A stretch of 64,000 nt of DNA from an uncultured Rhodobacteraceae bacterium (lineage in GTDB: Bacteria; Pseudomonadota; Alphaproteobacteria; Rhodobacterales; Rhodobacteraceae), in contig CANMYO010000006.1 in NCBI GenBank assembly GCA_947502145.1, positions 11,476-75,475 on the forward strand, given 5' to 3'. The first letter of the stretch is position 1; each line of letters starts with the position of its first letter. Below the pieces are notes generated by a model that worked only from the letters and a program-made list of their open reading frames with translations, did not search any database and had not been told where the DNA came from. Shown here in pieces: positions 27,710-35,374 of this stretch. The translations under genes and the position numbers were made by a program.

Positions 27710-28855
27710 TCAACAACTTGACGAGCGGAAGCATCCGACGTCGAGTGTTACGAGGCTCTCTCTGATTGTTCGGCAAAGAACTTCAGCGAGCAGAACAGGA
27801 ACCGCGTTGCCTATTTGGGCACCCGTCGCCATCAATCCTCCTTCAAAATCGAACGAGTCAGGGAAAGTTTGTAGCCGGGCGGCCTGCCGAGCCGTTATTC
27901 CATGATGCTCTGTTGGGTGGACAAAACGTCCTTTGGAAGGGTTGATGCAAGCTGTCGTCATCGTAGGCGAAGGTCGACTTGGATCGACTCTTCCATATAC
28001 GTCTTTATGGCCGTTGTGCCCCTTGTGGCATGGAAGTACTCGGTTGGATTGTGCTCGTGAGCCGCCATTGGCTGGCGTGCTTTTGAACACGTCTATCAAT
28101 GCTTGTGTATGGTTCATGTGGATTGCATTTGGGTCTTCATCCCGTTCAGTTTCAACAAACGCATCCGCTGCCGTCCGCCAAGCCGGCAAACCGATCTCGT
28201 TTGCTGTTTCAGGCTTCGCATGTGTGGGACTCGGCGGCCATTCTAACTCATCAAAGCTGAACTCAGACGACATCCCCAGGATGAAGACCCTCTTTCGATT
28301 TTGAGGAACCCCAAAGTCACGAGCGTTGAGAATTACTGGGCCAATCACATGATATTGGCTTTCTTCAGCGATCGTGAGAAAGCGATCCAGATATTCTGCA
28401 TGCTTTGAGTGCAGGAGACCTGGAACATTTTCCACTAGGAAGAACTTGGGTTTAAGAGCTTTGACGAACGCAAAGTAGCGCAAAAGCAACTCGTTGCGGG
28501 GATCATTGACTCCTGCTGAGCCAAGTCGATGCGATGAGAAACCTTGGCAAGGCGGCCCTCCGAGCAGCAAATCACATTCGCCAGATATCAGCCCGCACTC
28601 GGACATAAGTTCCGCTGGACCTACTTCGCTAATGTCGTTCTCGAAGACAGCAATTCGGCGATTACTGACGTTCTGAATGTTGTTTCTGTAAGTACGGCTC
28701 GCATGTCCGTCCTTCTCAATTGCGGCCCTCAGCTCGAAACCGGCATGGATTGCTCCTAGGGAAAACCCTCCCGCTCCAGCAAATAAATCTACTGCAAACA
28801 GCGGCTTGTTGCCACTTTCTAGGGTTACATGGATATCGCTCTTCTGATCTAACAT
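27710..28855 (-). CDS. dcm: DNA (cytosine-5)-methyltransferase
   Basis: 381 aa. Motif I DLFAGAGGFSLG, motif IV GGPPCQGFS, motif VI FLVENVPGL, motif VIII QNRKRVFILG, motif X GNAVPVLL. Confidence 0.9.
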   Translation of the reverse strand: MLDQKSDIHVTLESGNKPLFAVDLFAGAGGFSLGAIHAGFELRAAIEKDGHASRTYRNNIQNVSNRRIAVFENDISEVGPAELMSECGLISGECDLLLGGPPCQGFSSHRLGSAGVNDPRNELLLRYFAFVKALKPKFFLVENVPGLLHSKHAEYLDRFLTIAEESQYHVIGPVILNARDFGVPQNRKRVFILGMSSEFSFDELEWPPSPTHAKPETANEIGLPAWRTAADAFVETERDEDPNAIHMNHTQALIDVFKSTPANGGSRAQSNRVLPCHKGHNGHKDVYGRVDPSRPSPTMTTACINPSKGRFVHPTEHHGITARQAARLQTFPDSFDFEGGLMATGAQIGNAVPVLLAEVLCRTIRESLVTLDVGCFRSSSC

Positions 28856-28880
28856 TGCAATCGTCGTTAATGCTTAGTGG

Positions 28881-30719
28881 TTAATCGGAACCTTCAACTG
28901 GGATTTCCAGTTCGGCCTTTTCATATTCAAGGCCAATCCTGCCCAATGACCTATTCAGTCGTGCTTGTACTTCGAGAGCGTATTCGTACCGCAAATGCCC
29001 GCAAACCGTAGCAGATTTGCGGACCAAGGTGGGCTCAGCCGCTTGTCCGTCGTCGTCAGCGGCGGCATTTGACGCAACAAAACGCACCATGACCTCAGAC
29101 GTATCTCCAGCCAGTCTTCCATCATTTTCTGCATACATGGAGACCGCGGCGGGAGAGGCAGCTGGACTATCGACAACCGAAAACGCAACTGGCGTGGTCT
29201 CCCCTCCTTGTACTGCTGCGATGTTGGCGAACAGAAAACCACCTTGGGCGGGATCGTTTAACGCGGTCGCCTCCTTTGCTGCTTCAAGGGCCAAAGCATT
29301 GAATTTCTTATACCCACCTACGTTATCAGGACGACGTTCAATTCCGCGTTCACGGCCAGGAAACATGTCGCATGCGGGTGTCACGCACATCCAAAATTTG
29401 TCGTCGATCCTAAATATGTGGCCAAGCTCAAGATGACTGCTTCGAACGGGTTTGCTGCCCTTGAAGGCGTTGTGACCCATACGTGCCTTCATCAGCTCTT
29501 TGTCGTCGCGGAGATCGATCTCGAACCTTTCTTTCACGGCATTCAAAGGAACCGCATCAGCATCCAACGCGGCAATCCTTGCGGCGTATGCTCCGACCTC
29601 CGGAACAATATGATCCAGGAGCTGTTCTGCATGATTTCGCGCTATTCGCTCAACCGTGACAGCGGCGTCTTGAGAATTCGCGGAAAGAACCCCGTGATAC
29701 CAGGCCGCTCCCACTTGCCTGTCCCCAAGAGCATCATCCTGAACCTCGACACCCCGTTTGTTCATCTCTGCTCTGAGCTTTGTCAAAACAAGGCGGGACG
29801 GAAGTGGTTTCCAAGCTTCCAGCGCCTCAAGAAGCACCGGCAACAGTGGCTCTTTGCTCTTCCTCTTGAACGCGATAAAGCCTTGATCGCAGCGTATCCA
29901 AAAAGGCTCTCCTGCGCTCCAATCTCTTAATCCAATATCGTCGCTAGAAAAACGGTCTTCATTGTCCGCTTCGAATGTGGAAAGCAGTTCTTGGAACAAA
30001 GCCCGCCAGTGCTTTCGATGGAGATCTTCATTCTCCAAAAAGCTCGATAAATCACCCCAAGGCGCCTCACCCTTAATCAAACGCCTGAATGCGTTCGCAG
30101 ACCTCCGAGCATCCAAGTACTGTGGGACATCAAACCGATCTCGAAGGGCGTCGGCTTTCGTTTCCAGAATTGCTTCGACCTCATCCGCCAAATCGTTGGT
30201 TGCTTCGGCAGTGTCTTCGATAAGTGATGAGCAAGGCTGGAGAAGGCCCAAGGCGAAATGGCCAAACACAGCGTCGAGCTCTTTTTCCGTGTGGACGAGG
30301 ATAAGGTTGAAATGCCTATTGGTTAGCGCCCCTCGAGCAATCGCCAATGCGGCCTTACCAACGTTGGGACCTGTCTCGAGTTCATAGTCCAGAACGAGCA
30401 AGTCAGTTTGTTGAAGGCGGTGAACTTCGGCGAGGTCCTGCTTTTCCGGCGGCTGGCTTCCGTCATGTACGTCAAGCAGATAAGGTCCGTCTGGCTGGCG
30501 GAATTCGCCAAGAACTCTTCCTACAGCCTCCGGGTCTCTAGCCCAGGCTTTGGCGGTTTTGACCAATAACGCTCCATCCGCGTCAACGCTGGCGGACGCC
30601 GCCCCCAATATCTCATCCACTGTGGGATACTGATCGTCAACGATCAAAACTGACCGGATCGGCTCAATGAACGCCTCTCTAATCAATGCTCCGTAACTAA
30701 TGGGTAATTCTGCTGTCAT
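28881..30719 (-). CDS. Atypical receiver (REC)-like domain protein with an uncharacterised ~450-aa C-terminal region
   Basis: 612 aa. The N-terminal ~150 aa have REC-like landmarks: VLIVDDQ (acidic pair), DLLVLDYEL (candidate phospho-acceptor Asp) and NLILVHTE (Thr). Its ATG overlaps the upstream gene's TGA (ATGA at 30716-30719). Confidence 0.6.
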   Translation of the reverse strand: MTAELPISYGALIREAFIEPIRSVLIVDDQYPTVDEILGAASASVDADGALLVKTAKAWARDPEAVGRVLGEFRQPDGPYLLDVHDGSQPPEKQDLAEVHRLQQTDLLVLDYELETGPNVGKAALAIARGALTNRHFNLILVHTEKELDAVFGHFALGLLQPCSSLIEDTAEATNDLADEVEAILETKADALRDRFDVPQYLDARRSANAFRRLIKGEAPWGDLSSFLENEDLHRKHWRALFQELLSTFEADNEDRFSSDDIGLRDWSAGEPFWIRCDQGFIAFKRKSKEPLLPVLLEALEAWKPLPSRLVLTKLRAEMNKRGVEVQDDALGDRQVGAAWYHGVLSANSQDAAVTVERIARNHAEQLLDHIVPEVGAYAARIAALDADAVPLNAVKERFEIDLRDDKELMKARMGHNAFKGSKPVRSSHLELGHIFRIDDKFWMCVTPACDMFPGRERGIERRPDNVGGYKKFNALALEAAKEATALNDPAQGGFLFANIAAVQGGETTPVAFSVVDSPAASPAAVSMYAENDGRLAGDTSEVMVRFVASNAAADDDGQAAEPTLVRKSATVCGHLRYEYALEVQARLNRSLGRIGLEYEKAELEIPVEGSD

Positions 30720-33703
30720 TGATCTTGTGTCTCTAAACCACGGAATTCGATAAGAAATGTTGCGCCTTTCAAGGGCACATCGTCGTCCTCTGTCCGATAG
30801 CGTATCAAGTGCCCGCCAGCAGCCAAGTTCGCTCTAGCAAGGTAAAGCCCAACGCCACGGCCCGAACGCTGTTTGCGTGTAAAAAACAGGTCAAAAATTT
30901 GCTCAGTTTCTTCAGCATCCACACCAGGCCCTGTATCAGAAACGGCAACTAGGTCTCCGACGAGATCCAGTTGTATCCGCCGGTCGGCAGGTGGTTGGGT
31001 AGCAGTCCAGTAAATACTGTTGTTTACAAGATTCAAAAACACCGGGAAAACGCGGGATGGCCTTTCGAAGACCCTAGCGGCGCGGAACTCTTTGGAAGCG
31101 GCGAACGAGATGCCCGCACGCGCAAAGGATGGGGCAAAAAATTGCTCGACAAACGATGCGATTTCTTCTCCAGATATCCACTTCTGCACTTTCTCACCAG
31201 ACAGGCGCATTGGTGAAAGAAAGCGCAGCTGGTCTGTGAGACCTTCCACTCCCAGGCGTATGTCGTTCACGGCCCGATGGTCCTGGACCTCAGCTGGTAA
31301 CCGTCGCAAACCTTGAGAGATCATTTCTTCAAAATCAGCTAGGTCGTGAGCGGCGATCTCAACTGCGATACCCAGTTGTGCTAGTGAGTTAAGGCGCTCT
31401 ACTTCTCTGTTCGCTTCGCCAAGTTCTCTCATACGGACACTTGCCAGTGTCTGGAGGTCAATCCGTTCCTGGACCGCTTCGAGCGCAGATTGATAAAGAC
31501 CAAAGGCAGCTCGGTTTTCTTTCGACCAGTCTTCTTCACGACGAGAAACACCCTCAAGCGCTTCTTCAAACGTTAAAAGCTCTGCTGAAAAACGCCGCGC
31601 GACATCGTTGAGCTCATCTTGAAACGCGTCCATTCGCGTTTCTGCCAGCTCGCGCACCGTCTTGTTTTGGTCACGTTGAAGGTTCTCAACGTTTGTTCGC
31701 AGTTCACCTATGCGTTTTCGCATCGAGGATATGGCCGCATCGGTGCGCTCTCGCAGGATGTCTTCCGGTTTATCTGGAATGGCCGTTTCGATCGCAGACC
31801 TCAGCGTTGCCTCATATCCAGAAATTGCGGCTGCGGCTTCCCTTGTTCGCTTTTGAACCTCATCAAAGCGCGTTGCCCAACGTCCACTTGGGGTTGACCT
31901 GGCGCGCACCAGCGCCTCCTCGTATCGCCTACGCATCTCGGCGAGTCGCGCTTCTTCGCGAACAATGCTAGGACCGGAAGTAACGTCGAGATCACCGGTT
32001 GCTTCTTCCACTTCGTCGATAAGACCCGGCAACATCTTTTCTGCACGCTCAACCTCGGCCCTGAAGGTTCGACGTTCTCGATCACGCAGTTTCTTCTCGC
32101 CTTCGGCTGCATTGGCGGATCGATTGTCCTCTTGAATCTGTGGAAGACGTTCTTTGCGAAGCTTTGAAGCGGATCCGAAGAAACGTCGTGCCGCTGTTTC
32201 GAGCACGTTGATAACTAACTCTCGAAAAACACGGGATGCAGCATTGTCGATAACACCTTCGCGCCCAGCTTTATCCTTCAAGTTAGGGTTACCCTTTCGC
32301 GTCAAGGCAATGCGACCAAACATTCGGCGGTGGTTCCAGAAATGCCTGCCCGCGTTTTTTGACCGGCGTTTCTCAATCTCATAGAAGTCGTTGTCTTCTC
32401 TGCCATAAGGAAGCACTCGTAGCCCATCACGAAAGATCATTAGGCCGCCGTAGTCCGAAGCCAGATCTTGATATGCTTTGTGCTGCCCTGTTGGATGCGT
32501 CGAGCTCTTGTCCTCCCACTCCATGGTCGCGATGAATAGTTCGAAACTACCCACCCTGCTGTTGGTCCGATTTGGTACCTTGAGTTCTGCGGGTGGTTCG
32601 AAAACTACAACTTCGTCAATCGAATTTCCGAAGGCCCGTACGCGGCCCCTGAATACGCCATTCTCATCTACGGTCCCTTCAATCTGGTGTTCCAGACCAG
32701 ACACCCTAGCTCGATCTATTCCACGCTCCGCGCCGACGATCAGCCGTGGGGTTCGATCCAAGTCCCTAGTGTCGACAACGTCAGCTCTATAATCAAACTC
32801 TGGCTTTGCTTGTCCTTCTGCATATGGATCGACAAAGCTGGCCAACGTCTGCTCAAAACGATCGCGCGCGCTTTGCGCCGCAATATCAGTGTCCTTCGGT
32901 CTGCCCAGTGCTTGTAGAGCCTCGTCTACTTCACTTACCAACAGTGCCGTCCCAAAACCGGACCATTCTTCCAGGTGTTCAATCGTAAACGGCAACCGCT
33001 TGAGCGCTTCGAGTGTTCTCGCAGAAGGGGCAAGGCCCGGCTCGTCGGAGCGATCTTTCGTCCAATCATCATCAAACCTCTTCCACACATCTAGCAGTAC
33101 GGGCTTTTTTTCACGCCAACTGGCTAAATCCTTTTGCGCGACTAATCCGGCTGCAAGCTTGTCCGACATATCATCCAAAGCCGCAAAAACATCCTCGATC
33201 TGCTCAAACTCACCAGCTGCTACAGGAACATCGTCCAAATCGATGTATGGATTTTCGAACAACCGCCAATCCAAAAGCGCAGCAATCAGGAAACCATCTC
33301 GGCGGCGAGACAGCATTAAGAGAATAGGGCCAAGTTTGGCGCTAGAAAGGCGGCCAATTCCCTTCTGACCTTGCTTTGGTCTAACTGGTAGACCATTGCG
33401 GTCTTCTTTCGGGACCGGCAGATTGAACGAAGTTTTGCTTTCTGTTCCTATTACCAACCACTTTTCAAACAAGTCGTCCAAGGACATGCCATGTCCGTCA
33501 TCCGCCAGGAGGGTCACAGCCGCATCGCTTGAGTAGACACGCAAAGTAACTTTGCGGGCATAGGCATCCCAGGAATTTTTCCAAAGCTCTGAGACCGCCG
33601 TCGGACTGTCAGCGATTTGCTCACGTCCAAGGTGATCAACCGTTCGCGCTCGCGTACGAAATTTTCTAGTCTCTAAAGACCTTGGAATAGCGGTGTCACT
33701 CAT
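30716..33703 (-). CDS. Fusion of an N-terminal MORC/Hsp90-like GHKL ATPase, a coiled-coil linker and a C-terminal histidine-kinase core (DHp + CA)
   Basis: Tracked ORF 30716..33730 starts at TTG; ATG at 33703 preferred. N-terminal Bergerat motifs are SELWKNSWDA (N box), DDGHGM (G1) and GQKGIGRLS (G2). Residues ~540-800 are Arg/Glu-rich helical. An H-box-like VEIAAHDLADF is followed by a second ATPase with LNLVNNSIYW (N), SDTGPGV (G1) and GRGVGLYLA (G2). Confidence 0.7.
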   Translation of the reverse strand: MSDTAIPRSLETRKFRTRARTVDHLGREQIADSPTAVSELWKNSWDAYARKVTLRVYSSDAAVTLLADDGHGMSLDDLFEKWLVIGTESKTSFNLPVPKEDRNGLPVRPKQGQKGIGRLSSAKLGPILLMLSRRRDGFLIAALLDWRLFENPYIDLDDVPVAAGEFEQIEDVFAALDDMSDKLAAGLVAQKDLASWREKKPVLLDVWKRFDDDWTKDRSDEPGLAPSARTLEALKRLPFTIEHLEEWSGFGTALLVSEVDEALQALGRPKDTDIAAQSARDRFEQTLASFVDPYAEGQAKPEFDYRADVVDTRDLDRTPRLIVGAERGIDRARVSGLEHQIEGTVDENGVFRGRVRAFGNSIDEVVVFEPPAELKVPNRTNSRVGSFELFIATMEWEDKSSTHPTGQHKAYQDLASDYGGLMIFRDGLRVLPYGREDNDFYEIEKRRSKNAGRHFWNHRRMFGRIALTRKGNPNLKDKAGREGVIDNAASRVFRELVINVLETAARRFFGSASKLRKERLPQIQEDNRSANAAEGEKKLRDRERRTFRAEVERAEKMLPGLIDEVEEATGDLDVTSGPSIVREEARLAEMRRRYEEALVRARSTPSGRWATRFDEVQKRTREAAAAISGYEATLRSAIETAIPDKPEDILRERTDAAISSMRKRIGELRTNVENLQRDQNKTVRELAETRMDAFQDELNDVARRFSAELLTFEEALEGVSRREEDWSKENRAAFGLYQSALEAVQERIDLQTLASVRMRELGEANREVERLNSLAQLGIAVEIAAHDLADFEEMISQGLRRLPAEVQDHRAVNDIRLGVEGLTDQLRFLSPMRLSGEKVQKWISGEEIASFVEQFFAPSFARAGISFAASKEFRAARVFERPSRVFPVFLNLVNNSIYWTATQPPADRRIQLDLVGDLVAVSDTGPGVDAEETEQIFDLFFTRKQRSGRGVGLYLARANLAAGGHLIRYRTEDDDVPLKGATFLIEFRGLETQDQ

Positions 33704-33805
33704 AAGTCCACGCACCCCCGGCTTGTGCAATGGCGGTGCATGAGACCGCGTGCGAACACTCGTAGTGAGGGAGCATCGCAGTCTCCAAAGTGGTTTGCCT
33801 CACCG

Positions 33806-34027
33806 TCAATCATTATCGCTCGAGTCCCGTCCACGCCGATCAACTAAATCCTCATCTTCAACGTCTATTCCGTAAGCGCGGAGGGCACGAAGTACAGACA
33901 TCCGAATGGTCTCACCATCTTGGGCCGCTCGAACGCGCAAGGATGTTCGAACTCTCTCCGGTACTTCGATTTGCAGCGCTACGTCACGGTGGGGCATCAC
34001 TAACTCTTCGCTTAGGTTCGCTAGCAT
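33806..34027 (-). CDS. Ribbon-helix-helix (CopG/Arc/ParG-like) small DNA-binding protein
   Basis: The tracked ORF starts at TTG 34054; ATG at 34027 gives MLANLSEELVMPHRDVALQIEVPERVRTSLRVRAAQDGETIRMSVLRALRAYG, which has a beta-alpha-alpha layout. An 8-bp inverted repeat GGTTTCTT/AAGAAACC (34038-34060) lies immediately upstream. Confidence 0.5.
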   Translation of the reverse strand: MLANLSEELVMPHRDVALQIEVPERVRTSLRVRAAQDGETIRMSVLRALRAYGIDVEDEDLVDRRGRDSSDND

Positions 34028-34473
34028 AACACCATTGGTTTCTTTAATTTTCAAGAAACCATGACTTAGTTGATAATGAAACGTCGAGATCGTTGCTGCA
34101 ATGCCCGTCGTTTGTCCAGCCTGCCGCCGGTTCCCTTCTGTTGCGCATCGTGATGTACAAAGCCGATGTGATACTTTGGGTTCTTCGGACGTGGCAGCAA
34201 ATAATTCAAAGTATAGCTTGCACTTTCAGCTGCGGTGCGGGGATGTTCAGCCCAACTACATAGTCAGTAAACGAGTAGGTCGGCTTTCAACTACACCGCA
34301 TGATAGTTTCGCAACCGCAGCAAAGGTCAGCTTTCCGCCCTTTCTTACCGTCCAGCTGGGCGGCCCAAGTTATCGAACCTAACCTAGCATTGTGTCTATT
34401 GCACGGGCCGCTACGCGTACATGGAACGTCTCAATGATCCTTGGTTCTTAAATTCGATAGCCTCACGTCGTTT

Positions 34474-35022
34474 TCAGCCCACCCAATCTATAATGCCGTG
34501 ATCATTAAATGCGCTCTCGTGAAGCGTTTCGACTTTGTCGCAGAAGACGACCAGGTTCTGCGTATCTGATCGGGCAGATGGAACAATCAACCCATCAAAG
34601 TCCAAGAAATGAGCAACCTCGCCGATCTCTTGTGTTCTAGGATACTCGTCATTCTTTTGCTGATAAGACAATCGGCCAAAGGTATCCGTCTTCAAGCCAA
34701 CTTCGCCGAGCGCGGCCAGGTCCAGAAACTGGAGTGCGCGCTCGAGCGCTAGGTCAACTTGGAACATCCGGTATTTGACACGGCTTGGTATGACGGGTTG
34801 GCCGCGCATTAGGTGGAAGCGCATTTCTTCGAGAGCACCCATCTGTGACATCGACGTGTAGAGCACATCGAAGCTGCCGTCATCCCACCGACCACCGGAA
34901 GCGCTGCATTGCAATGGATCTCTCCCATCGCGCACCAACCTCCAGACAGGACCGGAGAAAGCCACGGGCTCGATTGCTTCAAGAGCGTCAATAAGAGCGT
35001 TGTCGCGCCGGGCTTTGATCAT
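34474..35022 (-). CDS. RES-domain toxin (MbcT/ParT family)
   Basis: 182 aa. The R-E-S landmarks are GGRW, YTS...GALEE and LIVPSARS. Confidence 0.8.
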   Translation of the reverse strand: MIKARRDNALIDALEAIEPVAFSGPVWRLVRDGRDPLQCSASGGRWDDGSFDVLYTSMSQMGALEEMRFHLMRGQPVIPSRVKYRMFQVDLALERALQFLDLAALGEVGLKTDTFGRLSYQQKNDEYPRTQEIGEVAHFLDFDGLIVPSARSDTQNLVVFCDKVETLHESAFNDHGIIDWVG

Positions 35023-35030
35023 TGCGGACT

Positions 35031-35369
35031 CTATACGAAGACATCGTTGTCGAGACGATCAATTACCGCCAAGACTTCGAGACTACGGTCATTATGGATC
35101 AAATCCATTGCACGTTCACCACCAAGCTGAGGATGTCTTGCATAAAGCCACGCACGCACTTCTTCAGGAGCATAGTACTCGTTGAGGCGACCAACGATGT
35201 AATAGAGATCTGAAAGGATGAGTTCATTGCGCGGCTGGGGTTTAAAATCGCCAGCTTTCCAACGGGAGACAGTTGCCTTGGACACATCAGTTATGTTGGC
35301 AATGTCGGTCCCTTTCAGACCCCCGATTTCGGCAAGTTCGCCAATGTATCTTGTTACAGCACTTTGCAT
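35031..35369 (-). CDS. Xre-type antitoxin with C-terminal DUF2384 (MbcA/ParS family)
   Basis: 112 aa. HTH GTDIANITDVSKATVSRWKAG, then WLYARHPQLGGERAMDLI. 8-nt gap to the RES gene. Confidence 0.8.
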   Translation of the reverse strand: MQSAVTRYIGELAEIGGLKGTDIANITDVSKATVSRWKAGDFKPQPRNELILSDLYYIVGRLNEYYAPEEVRAWLYARHPQLGGERAMDLIHNDRSLEVLAVIDRLDNDVFV

Positions 35370-35374
35370 ATCTA

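Noticed and set aside
27696-27710. Interpreting the gene after dcm as vsr (very-short-patch repair endonuclease)
   Set aside because: The downstream protein is 296 aa with an HNH_2 motif and an extra N-domain, not the ~150-aa Vsr fold or motifs.
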